DNA from: Octopus vulgaris
Lineage: Eukaryota
Length of the DNA stretch: 64,000 nt
Assembly: GCA_951406725.2 (NCBI GenBank)
Contig: OX597842.1
Span: forward strand, 7,564,001-7,628,000
Reading direction: 5' to 3'
Under the pieces are notes generated by a model. It ran no database searches. It was not told where the DNA came from and worked only from the letters and a program-made list of their open reading frames with translations. This document shows, in pieces, positions 1 through 11,830 of this stretch. Positions within the stretch are counted from its first letter, which is position 1. Every line of letters starts with the position of its first letter. The position numbers and the translations under genes are program-made.

Positions 1-199
1 AGGTTGAGTCAGATACACAACCCCAGTAATCAACTTGTACTTATTTCATCAACCCCCAAAAGGATGAGAGGCAAAGTCAACCCTGGAGGAATTTGAACTC
101 AGAACTTGAAGACAGACGAAATACCACTAAGCTAAGCATTTACCTGGCATGCTAATGATTCTGCCAGCTCACTGCCTAAGTGTAATAGTTAATGTTAGA

Positions 200-1225
200 G
201 GATATAGCTGTTGTTTAGCCCCAGGTCAGTCTTAATCCAGCAGATCTATGATCAAATACGTTTCAGCTGTTACCACAAAGTGTACCTAAGACATTATTTA
301 ATGTGTATTATTGTAGTTATTATTAATGGCTATGGTCGTTGTTTAGCCCGGGGTCAGTCCTGATCCAGTAGACCTATGATCAAAGATGTCCCAGCTGTGA
401 CCATCTCGTCTTTTATTCAAACATAGTGTATCTAGGACTACATTATCTAATGTATAGTATAGTCATCAGTATTAATGGCTGTGGTTGTTGTTTAACCAAG
501 GGTCAGTCCTGATCCAGTAGACCTATGATCAAAGATGTCCCAGCTGTGACTATCTCATCTTTTATTCACACATAGTGTATCTAGGACTACATTATCTAAT
601 GTATAGTATAGTCGTTAGTATTAGTGGCTATAGTTGTTTAGCCCCAGGTCAATCCTGATCCAGTAGACTTATGATCAAAGATGTCCCAGCTGTGACCATC
701 TCCTTTTTTTATTTAGGTATAGTGTATCTAGGACTACATTATCTAATGTAAAGTATAGTCGTTAGTATTAGTGGCTATAGCTGTTTAGCCCCAGGTCAAT
801 CCTGATCCAACAGGCCTAAGATCAAGTATACTCTAGCTGTGACCATCCCGTCTTTTATTCAGGCATAGTATATCTAGGACTATACTATGTAATGTATAGT
901 GTAGTGATTAGTATTAGTGGCTATAGTTGTTGTTTGGCCCTAGGTCAGTCCTGATCCAGTAGACCTATGATCAAAGATGTCCCAGCTGTGACCATCTCGT
1001 CTTTTATTCAAACATAGTGTATCTAGGACTACATTATCTAATGTATATTATAGTAGTCAATATTAGTAACTATAGTTGTTGTTGTTGCTTATCTCCAGGT
1101 CAGTCCTCATCTACCAGACCTACAATCAAAGGTGTTCCAGCTGTGACCATCCTGTCTTTTATTTAGGCATAGTGTATCTAGAACTACATTATTTAATGTA
1201 TAGTGTAGTAATTAGTATTAGTGGA
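200..1225. repeat. ~147-150 bp tandem satellite, about 7 copies
   Basis: Unit GTTTAGCCCCAGGTCAGTCCTGATCCAGTAGACCTATGATCAAAGATGTCCCAGCTGTGACCATC...GTGTATCTAGGACTACATTATCTAATGT recurs at about 210, 340, 490, 635, 783, 930 and 1090. Confidence 0.9.
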
Positions 1226-1235
1226 TATGTGTAGA

Positions 1236-1530
1236 GGCACGTGGCTTAATGGTTAGGATGTTGGACTCATGATTGTAAGATTGTGGTTTCGATTCCTGGA
1301 CCAGGCGATGCATTGTGTTCTTCAGCAAAACACTTCACTTCACTTTGCTCCAGTCCATTCAGCTAAAGAAATGAGTACCCCTAGTGGAGGTGCATGGCTT
1401 AGTGGTTAGGGTGTTGGATTCATAACCATAAGATTGTGGTTTCGATCTCTGAACCAGGCAATGCATCGTGTTCTTGAGCAAAATACTTCATTTCATGTTG
1501 CTCCAGTTCACTCAGCTGCAGAAATGAGTT
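1236..1530 (+). mobile_element. Two tandem tRNA-derived SINE heads
   Basis: A-box/B-box-like TGGCTTAGTGGTTAGG...GGTTTCGATTCC followed by the same body (TTGAGCAAAACACTTCA...GCTCCAGT), twice. Confidence 0.7.
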
Positions 1531-1845
1531 TAGCCAGGAGAGGGATTGGCTCCACATGGCTTTCTTGCCCTAGATACCCTGCATGGCTGCAGTGCCCCAA
1601 CGACCCCCAAGGGCTTAACGGACTTGTCAAATGTTGTCTTGTCAATTGTCCTTAGAAAAGGAAAGAAGGAAATGTAAAAATAGACTTGTATGTTACATTA
1701 GAGGATGCAGAGAGGATGATACGGAACCACCAGAGATTGAGAGCACTGGTGGGCCTGGTCTCTATGCACTGTCTCTGGGACCAGTAACCTAAGATGACCC
1801 CCAGCCCCATCAAGCAAGAGCATGAAGCAAGCAAATCTCCAAATA

Positions 1846-2361
1846 CCATAAATCCTCGAGTATAATCCAAATCCCCCAAAAATTTAAAGTTCAAAATCCC
1901 TAGTGCATACTATATATGAGGTTAAAAATGAAGATTATTTTCTAAGCAATGTCCGAGTCTCTATTTGCTGTCCGGCAATGTTTATTCAGATGCATTTTGT
2001 GATGTCGGGCGCGAAAATCCCTTAAGCTAAGCCTGAAAGCAATGAAGTCATAAAAGAATCATCCATAACTTGCAGTAAGCAACATTTATTAAACGTTATT
2101 ACTGTTTTTTCTTTATTTTCTGCAAACAAAATGCACAAAAAAGCTACACGTTTGCATTATGTTATATATACAATAATAATAAAGGACGTTACCGTATACA
2201 TTTTTACAAACCAAGGACGTTATATAGACCTCCTTGACTCAAGTTAGAGAAGGGGTGCGTATTATACACAAGGTTTAGGTACTGTAGTTTCAATTCACCC
2301 AGCCCCCACAAAATCCCCTGCGTATTATACTCAAGGGCGGACTATACTCGAGGATTTACGG
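1846..2361. mobile_element. Tc1/mariner (pogo/Tigger-like) MITE
   Basis: TIRs CCATAAATCCTCGAGTATAATCC and GGACTATACTCGAGGATTTACGG, with TA on both sides. Confidence 0.8.
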
Positions 2362-2618
2362 TAGTTAATTTGTCAAATGTAATGCTTAATTATCCGCATT
2401 GATATTAGTTACGCCTTACCTTGTAGCTTTGAGCTTTTCAATGACATAATTGTCTATTTTTAGAATAATATTGTAGAGCCAATCGTGAGAGACCAGATTT
2501 GGCTGGTTCAAAGATAATACAGGCAGATTATTTTGGCTGGTTATGACTGGTTTAAATGGTAGAGGGTTAAACTGTTGTTCTGTGTGTTGGATGTTCAACT
2601 GTATTATATCAGCCCACA

Positions 2619-2992
2619 TGGAGGTGCAATGGCCCAGTAGTTAGGGCAGCGGACTCATGATCGTAGGATCACAGTTTCGATTCCCAGACCGGGCATTGTG
2701 AGTATTTATTGGTAGACAGAAACTGAAAGAAGCCCGTCGTATATATGTATATATATATATGCGTGTGTATGTTTGTGTGTATGTTTGTGTGTCTGTGTTT
2801 GTCCCCCCAACATCGCTTAACAACCAATGCTGGTGCGTTTACGTCCCATAATTAGCAGTTCAGCAAAAGAGACCGATACAATAAGTACTAGGCTTACAAA
2901 GAATAAGCCTGGGTGTCGATTTGCTTGACTAAAGGCGATGCTCCAGCATGGCCACAGTCAAATGACTGAAACAAATAAAAGAGTAAAAGAGT
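2619..2992 (+). mobile_element. Chimeric tRNA-derived SINE
   Basis: Head matches the SINE at 16688; body and tail match the SINE at 6892/36613. Confidence 0.7.
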
Positions 2993-3079
2993 GCCTTTTT
3001 GGTGCACTGGACTGTTATCCTACCACTGATTGTCAACCATTGTAGAGGATTTGCCAACCAAGTCACTGTTGATTATCAT

Positions 3080-3528
3080 TCACTGCAACCAGCATCCATG
3101 AGATGGAGGAGAGGACACCCGAGAAATAGCTGGATGTAAGACACTGAGGTAGAGCTGAAAAAGCAGGGATACAACTGTAGAGAAGGAGAAAAGGGTGCCA
3201 AGAATCAAGAAGAGTGAAGATAGTCCTCCAGTAACACATCCAAACCAAAAGACTTGGGAGAAGAGGGCTTTCCCTCATGGAAACATAACACAGTGCAAGA
3301 AAATCCAGTAGGAAACCAACACCTTGTGTTGCATGTCAGTCCCTGACTTGGAATCCACAAGGGAGAGTGAGGGAAGGACACCCTAAAAATAGCTGGAGGA
3401 GGGATGTTAAGACAAAGCTGAAAAAGCAGGGATCCAACAAGGGAGAAACAGCAAATACAGCCCCAGGTTGAGAACAATGGAAAGAAGTCAAAGATGGTCT
3501 GCGCTTCATAGGGAGTGAAGGGCTTAAG
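3080..3528 (+). mobile_element. Degraded RTE-clade LINE 3' end, partly duplicated
   Basis: Translates to LTWNPQGRVREGHPKNSWRRDVKTKLKKQG, resembling the RTE C-terminal WNPQGKRxRGRPKxTW motif. Confidence 0.6.
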
Positions 3529-3599
3529 AAAGTACTGTAGTTTCAATTCACCCAGCCCTGGATAATATCTTGACACTTTAGCAGTGAAACTGACGAAAT

Positions 3600-4612
3600 A
3601 AGGCTAAAATATTGTGTGATTAATGTTTAAACTGGCCAGATCTAGCCTCTATACAATGTTATTCTAAAAATAAACAATCACATCATCAAAATTTTGAAGC
3701 TGAAATAAAGATGGGTAAAATGATTTTTGCCCTTGGGTAGCAACTGTTATTTCCTATTTGGTTACCCCTGGATAGTATGGCTAACACTTCCTTCAAACTT
3801 TGCTTTTGTTACATCTGTTCAAACCCCAAAGAATCCCCCTCAACACATAGCTATGACACTCCCCCATTACTCTTGCTCATGATCAGAGATGTACATATTG
3901 TCAGTTACTAAGGGACATGCTCAAGTGGTTATGGTCAAGCAACTGACCAGCAAATCTGTGGTATTGAGCAGAATATTTGCTATAATGTGATTTGTGCTGA
4001 ATCTGTCTGAAATTTAATGGAAAATAGGTGAGTTTCAAAACATTGATCTCCATCCAGATCACAAAAGCAAATAGTGAAGGGGATATTAGTCATTTCCTTT
4101 GATTTCTAGACAGAAGCAAATGGGAAATAATACCTAATGACCAAAGACAAAAATAAATAAGGATTTTGTTACACCGTAATGCATAATTAAAACAAAACAA
4201 TGTGAATAAATAAACATTACATTTGACAGGGAAATCTGAATCCGAAAGGATTAAATTGGCCATACCCAGCCAAAATGTTTGACCTGTTTAATGTTCAAAC
4301 TGGCTAGATCTGGTTTCTCATACCTACCCTGCATGGTCATTCTAAAAATAGTCATATCGTTGGAATCTCAAATTTACAAGATAGAATCCATGATTAATAC
4401 AAAACAATGTGAATAAATAAGCATTAAATTTGACAGAGTAATCATAATACTAAAGAGTTAATCTGGCCACATCCAGCCAAAATAGCCAACCTGTTTCATG
4501 TTTAAACTGATCAGATCCAGGCTCTCACACCTACCCCAGAATGTCATGCTAAAAATAAGCAATCACATCAACAAAACTTCAAAACTATGAGATAATGCAG
4601 GATTATTTCAAA
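3600..4612 (-). repeat. Tandem degenerate copies of a ~180-220 bp TTAA-flanked MITE
   Basis: Recurrent AAACTGGCCAGATC...ATTCTAAAAATAAACAATCACATC...AAAACAATGTGAATAAATAAGCATT, the reverse complement of the element at 39694-39913. Confidence 0.65.
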
Positions 4613-4614
4613 TC

Positions 4615-5200
4615 GTCATCATCATCATCGCTTAACGTCCACTTTCCATGCTGGCATGGGTTGGACGATTTGACTGAGGACTGGTGAACCAGATGGCTGC
4701 GCCAGGCTCCAATCTGATCTGGCAGAGTTTCTACAGCTGGATGCCCTTCCTAACACCAACAACTCCGAGAGTGTAGTGGGTGATTTTACATGCCACTGGC
4801 ACGAGGGAAAGTCAAGCGGTACTGGCAACGGCCATGCTCAAAAGGTGTTTTTTACATGCCACCTGCACAGGAGCCACTCCAGCAGCACTGGCAATGACCT
4901 CGATCGAATGTTTTTTTCATGTACCACTGGCACAAGTGCCAGTAAGGTGGCGCTGGTAACGATCACGCTCGAATGGTGCTTTTATGGAAGCCAGTTAGCT
5001 GCTCTGGCAACGATCATGCTCAGATGGTGCTCTTACACTCCACAAGCACGGATGCCAGTCATCAAATTTGATTTCAATTTCACTTGCCTCAACAGGTCTT
5101 TGCAAGCAGAGTTTAGTGTCTAACGAAGGAAAGGTACGCATAAGTGGGCTGGTTACACCCCAGGCATAGGTCACGGGTTATGGTCTCACTTGGCTTGCCA
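4615..5200 (-). mobile_element. (GAT)n-tailed SINE family with internal ~60 bp repeats
   Basis: CATCATCATCGYTTAACGTCC...GGATGCCCTTCCTAA...GTGTAGTGGGTG; further copies near 5820, 23270, 24500, 26580, 28810, 30330, 35085, 38617, 39120 and 44590. Confidence 0.8.
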
Positions 5201-5206
5201 GGTCTG

Positions 5207-5242
<36 letters not shown>

Positions 5243-6891
5243 AATATACACATATATACATACATATGTGTGTCTATATATATACACACACATATATACA
5301 TGTGTGTGTGTGTATATATATGTTACACATACACACACATATTTTATATATCTTATACATACATACACACACATTGTATATATGTTATACAATAAATATA
5401 TATTAGTCAGCAATACAAGGGCACATTACATTAGAGAGAGAAATCTAAATGCTAAAAGGTTAAACTGCATCGTGTAGCAGAGCTTTGATACAGGAGTTCT
5501 GAGATTTTGAAGAGAATGGAACCTATTGAAGAGAATAGCTCCTATTGCTCTCAGTTCTATTCTGAACTGGAGTAGAAATAACTTCTTAACATGAGAAGCA
5601 CTTGATTGAAACCCAGGCTAAATCTGCTCTGATAATCATTGGTGGCTTTGTCAGTGAACCCTCTGCAACAGTTAACAACCGACAGCAGGATGAGCTGCAA
5701 CAGATCACACTACTCCATGTGGCCAGGAAACACAAATAAACTTGGATTCCCACTGAAACTTTGAACATGAACTCTACACCTCGGTAAAGAAATGACAGCA
5801 ACAGCTACAGCATCCGCGATCATCATCATCATCATCGTTTAACGTCCATTTTCTATGCTAGCACGGGTTGGACGGTTCAACTGGGGTCTGGGAAGCCAAG
5901 AGGCTGCACCAGGCTCCAGTCTGATCTGGCAATGTTTCTACAGCTGGATGCCCTTCCTAATGCCAACCACTCCGTGAGTGTAGCGGGTGCTTTTATGTGC
6001 CAGGGGAGGCTGGCAATGGCCACGATCGGTTGGTGCTTTTTACATGCCACAGGTACGGAAGCCAGTCAAGGTGGTGCTGGCATCGGCCACGTTCGGGATG
6101 GTGCTTTTTACATGCCACCGGCACAGGGATCACAGCTACAATTTCCAATTGATTTTTGATGTTGATGTACTTGACTCAATAACTCTCCTCAAGCACAGGA
6201 TCGAAATGGTGTTTCTTTACCTGCCACCCGGACAGGAGCCAGTCCAGCGGCCCTGGCAACTGCCAGGTGCCAGTCATAGGATTGGTTCAATTTCGATTCT
6301 GATCCAACACATTTGCTCTCCCAGTGAAGCATTTGTCAAATTTGCAAGCTGGATTTTTGAGCCACTGGCAGAAGCATTACTTCGTTGCTGGAACGTTAGA
6401 ACCGACTGCGACATGGAGTCAGCATTTGTGAGAAGCCACTGCAAGGAACGAGAAAGTAAGAGGCAAAAATGGGTTTGCAGAGGGAGGTTATAGAAGCATC
6501 AATGCAAAGTGGTTGGCATTAGGATGAATATCCAGCTGTAGAAACTAAGCCAAAATAGACATTTGGAGCTCAGCAAATCCTTTTGGCACGCAAGTTCATA
6601 TCAAACCATCCAACCCACACTAGCATGAAAAAAATGATGATGATGATATTTGTGTGTGTGTGTGTGTCTTTGTTTGCCCCACCCACGCGCTCACAGCTTC
6701 ACAACTGGTGCAGGTTTATTTATGTCCTCATGACTTAGCAGCGTGGCAAAAGTATCCAATCAAATAAGTACCAGACTTGAAAAGAAAAAAAAAAAGTACT
6801 AGGGTCGATTTGTTCGACTACAACCATTGGAGGTGATGCCCCAGTATGGTCACAGCCCAATGGCTAAAACAAGATAAAAGATGCCCTACGC

Positions 6892-7305
6892 GTAGGAGTG
6901 GCTGTGTGGTAAGTAGCTTGCCTACCAACCACATGGTTCCGGGTTCAGTGTCTTGGGCAAGTGTCTTCTGCTATAGCCCCGGGCCGACCAAAGCCTTGTG
7001 AGTGGATTTGGTAGACAAAAACTGAAAGAAGCCCGTCGTATATATGTATATATATGTATTGATATATATATATGTAAGTGTGTGTATATGTTTGTGTGTC
7101 TGTGTTTGTCCCCCCCAACATTGCTTGACAACCGATGCTGGTGTGTTTATATCCTAGTTACTTAGCGGTTCGGCAAAAGGGACCGATAGAATAAGTACTG
7201 GGCTTACAAAAAGAATAAGTCCCGGGGTCGATTTGCTCGATTAAAGGCGGTGCTCCAGCATGGCCGCAGTCAAATGACTGAAACAAGTAAAAGAGTAAAA
7301 GAGAG
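6892..7305 (+). mobile_element. Abundant tRNA-derived SINE with internal (TA)n/(TG)n microsatellite
   Basis: GGAGTGGCTGTGTGGTAAGTAGCTTGC head through CCAGCATGGCCGCAGTCAAATGACTGAAACAAGTAAAAGAG tail; copies near 19323, 30660(-), 31750, 36613, 40790, 60705 and 63000. Confidence 0.85.
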
Positions 7306-8100
7306 AGACTACATCCCCCAAAAGTAAAATGTGCTTCAAGGGACGTCCGGCAGCTATTTCTAGCAGGTGCAGTGACCTCTTTAACAGGCAGGGGCAACCT
7401 TTTCCAAGAAGAGGGCCGCATAAGATATGGCTCATCATCAGACGAGCCGCACCACTAAAAATATTTAGGGTAATAATATTGCGTTGGCGTGCCTTTCAGG
7501 AAGTCCTGCAGGTTGCACTTTGCTCCTGGATATCGTAAAGACCCCTCACGTCCCTTGATGGGGTTTATATTGGGGACATACATAGCGCCGTCAAAAGGCA
7601 TGGCCTTACTAAACAATTGCACAGTGGGAGAGGGGCAGTTTTTAATTTAAATATGGTGTGTGTTTTCTGTTATTAAATAAAAACTGCAGACCTCTAGAGC
7701 TGAAAAGACGGTCCTCAACGAACGTATAATAATCGTACACAGATGTGTGTTTATTAATACAAAAATATACGCACACGTCTATATAGAGGAAATGAGTGGG
7801 CGCGAGTACACACATACACATATATATACATATGTATGTATATAATTTAGAGAAAAACCTCTATTAAACAATTCAATAATGAAAGATGTTATTCACACCA
7901 CATAGAAAGCATATACTATAAAAACCTTATATATATATATATAAGATTTATATATATTATTTTATCTAGTTTCAGCTCACGAGCTGTGGCCATGCTGGGG
8001 CACCGCCATTTATATATATATATATAAGGTTTATATTTCGTCTTTTGTTTATTTCCGTAAACCTGCCTTCGTCTTTTGTCTATTTTCATAAAGCTTCACG

Positions 8101-8135
<35 letters not shown>

Positions 8136-8340
8136 TTATATATATATTGTTTTTGTAGACACACAGCATACCAGCATATGCATATATTATCCGCCCGATA
8201 AATATAAACATATGTAGCTATTAAATACACGCAAATATATATACAGCCAATACACATATACACATATGTTATATATATATATATGTGTTTATATATATAT
8301 ATATATTAGAAGATTTGGAGATGATGTACAGCTATTATAT

Positions 8341-8563
8341 ATTAGAAGAAATGAGGTACTCAGAAATCTGGATGGTTTTATATTTAGAGATATTTATTTG
8401 TATATTACATGTTTTTATAAATCATATATCATATATTAGCGCTTTCGTCCACTCTAGTGGAGTTTTCAAATTATATGATATAAGATTTATAAAAACATGC
8501 AACATACTAATAAATATCTGTAAATATAAAAGCCATCAAGATTTCTGGGTACCTCATTTCTTC

Positions 8564-8567
<4 letters not shown>
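8341..8567. mobile_element. Short (TA)n-embedded foldback element with a central hammerhead motif (Penelope pLTR-like)
   Basis: About 55 bp inverted arms (ATTAGAAGAAATGAGGTACTCAGAAATCT... / ...AGATTTCTGGGTACCTCATTTCTTCTAAT) between TA arrays. Confidence 0.65.
8425..8481 (-). ncRNA. Minimal type I hammerhead ribozyme motif, U3-A8 core variant
   Basis: Minus strand: tatcatataat-TTGAAAA-c-tccac-taga-gtgga-c-GAAA-gcgc-TA-atatatgata; helix I, helix II and palindromic helix III (AGCGCT). Confidence 0.55.
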
Positions 8568-8604
<37 letters not shown>

Positions 8605-8791
8605 CAATTGACACATACATACATGGACCCACCCACACACGAACGTACGAAAATATGTTTACATCTTAATGCATCATTGCTGTGTGTAGAGAGAAACAGA
8701 TAAGATACATGTGTGTGTATATAGAGAATTTTATGCGTGTGTATATTAACACAGTGACAGATGTAGAGTATATACGTATTAATGAATGTTT

Positions 8792-8831
8792 AGTGACTTC
8801 GAACTTTCGGTTTGCTAGCCATTAACAGACT
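8792..8831 (-). ncRNA. Degenerate minimal hammerhead-like motif
   Basis: Minus strand: agt-CTGTTAA-tggctagcaaacc-GAAA-gttcgaag-TC-act; two core deviations and short helices. Confidence 0.3.
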
Positions 8832-9139
8832 GTATGTATACATACAGTCAATACATACCTATGTATATATATGTAAGTATACACGCACACCATACCTATG
8901 TACAAATACGTATATCTATTTATCTGTATATCGATCTATTTATCTTAAATATTCGATTCGAGTTTTGGCACAAGGCCAGCAATTTGGAGGGTGGGTTAAA
9001 TCGATCCCCAGGGTTTAACCCCGAAAGTATAAAAGACAAAGTCGATCTCATCTATTGTAAATATTCCATATTAAAATATAAATCCCAAACCAAAGATAAT
9101 AGAATCGAGATCGAAGAAAGGAAAAAGACACAGCCATCA

Positions 9140-9170
<31 letters not shown>

Positions 9171-9319
9171 CAAACACATACATATACACACACAAAGATA
9201 ATCATTTATGTGTGCGCAGAAATATATATACACACACACACACACATATATATATATATCGTTTGTAAAAACATAAATCCGAAAGAAGCACACTAGAGCA
9301 ATATATACATACATACATA

Positions 9320-9366
<47 letters not shown>

Positions 9367-10022
9367 AGGGCATTACTATACATAAATGCCACACGCTAGG
9401 AGGGACTCTTAAAGTCAAAACTACCAAAATAAATTTTATATACACACATATATATAAATCATTATATAAATTTATACGTGTGTACATGTATGTGTGTGTA
9501 TATACACGCACTATATATATCTTCACTTCAACTTTATCACTGAGTTTTATATATATATATACATACATATACACAGACATCTACAAGTGTCTTTATGTAC
9601 GTGTCTCTATTGTTTAGAACCAGGTTAGTCACGATTATGCAAACCTGTAATCAAAGTGTCCCATCCAACCGTGAACATCCCAGCTAATTGCATACCTAGG
9701 ACTACCTTCTGTGATATCTTCTCTTTTATACAAATAACAGGGTGTGGTTCCAGAGAGACACTGCTGCTATTTCTTGCAGGCTCATTGACCGTCTTGACAG
9801 TGAGGCAGACAGCCTTGTGTATATGGGTATTTACACGTGTATACATGTATATATATATATATATATATATCCGTATACACACGTGTAAATGTGTGAATGC
9901 CCATATATAACTATAGTCCTCTGTAAATATACATCGTCCTAACACACGTGTTTATATATATATATAAGTATATACAACGACGAAATAGGCGATCTTTCGA
10001 AATAAATATATAAATTTATCTC

Positions 10023-10691
10023 CTGGTGCTGTATGAACATTTAATGTGGTTTTAGGGTTAGGTTTTGACTGCTATTTCTAGCGTGATGGTATCTCTTAGA
10101 TACCCTAAATTATAATATAAATATATATAGAGAGAGAGAGAGCGAAGGTAACCCCTATCATGCGTGTGTGTGTACAAACACGCATCAGCCACCTCTTTAA
10201 ATATTGTATCATATATAATATACATATATATGGGGGTGTATATATATATATATATATACCCCCATATATATATATATATATATATTTCAACAATTGAGGG
10301 TAAAATTAATTAATTATTAATCAATTTCACCAAGTGTTCAGTATACTGAACACTTGGTGAAATTGATTAATAATTAATTAATTTTACCCTCAATTGTTGA
10401 AATTATAATTAATCTCCCTCTAATTATTGCTTCGGATTTTACCGAAATAAGCATAGCGTTTGATGATTTTAACCCACGCTGGTGCTGTATGAACATTTAA
10501 TGTGGTTTTAGGGTCAGGTTTTGACTGCTATTTCTAGCGTGATGGTATCTCTTAGATACCCTAAATTATAATATAAATATATATATATATAGAGAGAGAG
10601 AAGGTAACCCCTATCATGCGTGTGTGTGTACAAACACGCATCAGCCACCTCTTTAAATATTGTATCATATATAATATACATATATATGGGG

Positions 10692-10735
<44 letters not shown>
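10023..10735. repeat. ~240 bp direct duplication (10023-10265 / 10479-10735) bracketing a perfect palindrome
   Basis: CTGGTGCTGTATGAACATTTAATGTGG...GGGGTGTATATA...CCCC repeated almost identically. Confidence 0.85.
10284..10403. repeat. Perfect 120 bp loop-less palindrome
   Basis: ATTTCAACAATTGAGGG...CAGTA|TACTG...CCCTCAATTGTTGAAAT, centred at 10343/10344. Confidence 0.95.
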
Positions 10736-10763
<28 letters not shown>

Positions 10764-10794
10764 ACACATGTAGGTCTCCATACCCCTCTGTCAT

Positions 10795-10832
<38 letters not shown>

Positions 10833-11189
10833 CAATTAACATATATATATATATGTATGTATGTATGTATATGTATATATACACCCGTAAATCTATACAT
10901 ACCTGTGTTTTTGTGGTCAGTTGAATGACAGCTTTCCTAAAATTCAGTTTGCTGTCTGTGTTCCCCATTCTGACTCTCACACTCACACTCTCTACCTTGT
11001 CTCACCCTCACTCACTGAAACATACTCTCTCTATCACCCTCGCATGCTCTAATCTTCTACTCTTTCTATCTCTTCTTCCTCCTTCTACTTCATTAAATTT
11101 TCCTTCTCACTCTTTCTTCTTCCGTCTATTTCATTAACCTCCCCTTCTCTCTCTCCCTTTCCCTCAGATTATATTTTTCTCTCTCTCTC

Positions 11190-11830
11190 TCTCTTTCTTT
11201 CCATAATATATCTTTGCCTCTCTTTCTCTCTCTCTCTTTCTTTTTCTCTTCTTCTTCCGTCTATTTCATTAACCTCCCCTTCTCTCTCTCCCTTTCCCTC
11301 AGATTATATTTTTCTCTCTCTCTCTCTCTTTCTTTCCATAATATATCTTTGCCTCTCTTTCTCTCTCTCTCTTTTTCCTTCTATAATATATCTTTGCCTC
11401 TCTTTCTCTCTCTCTCTTTTTCCTTCTATAATATATCTTTGCCTCTCTTTCTCTCTCTCCCTTTTTCTTTCCATAATATATCTTTGCCTCTCTTTCTCTC
11501 TCTCTCTTTTTCCTTCTATAATATATCTTTGCCTCTCTTTCTCTCTCTCTCTTTTTCCTTCCATAATATATCTTTGCCTCTCTTTCTCTCTCTCTCTTTT
11601 TCCTTCCATAATATATCTTTGCCTCTCTTTCTCTCTCTCTCTTTTTCCTTCCATAATATATCTTTGCCTCTCTTTCTCTCTCTCTCTTTTTCCTTCCATA
11701 ATATATCTTTGCCTCTCTCTCTCTTTTCTTTCTATAATATATCTGCCTCTCTTTCTTTCTTTCTATACTATATCATTGCCTCTCTCTCTCCCTTTTTCTT
11801 TCCATAATATATCATTGCCTCTCTGTCTCT
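11190..11830. repeat. 45 bp pyrimidine-rich minisatellite
   Basis: Unit CCATAATATATCTTTGCCTCTCTTTCTCTCTCTCTCTTTTTCCTT, about 10 copies; explains the 15-aa repeat ORFs. Confidence 0.9.

Noticed and set aside
7396-7446. Minus-strand CTGATGA as a hammerhead
   Set aside because: No GAAA directly after a closing helix II.
10071-10082. GCTAGAAATAGC matches part of the SpCas9 sgRNA scaffold
   Set aside because: Only 12 nt match, without the flanking GTTTTAGA/AAGTTAAAAT; it sits in native repeats, so it is not vector or CRISPR sequence.
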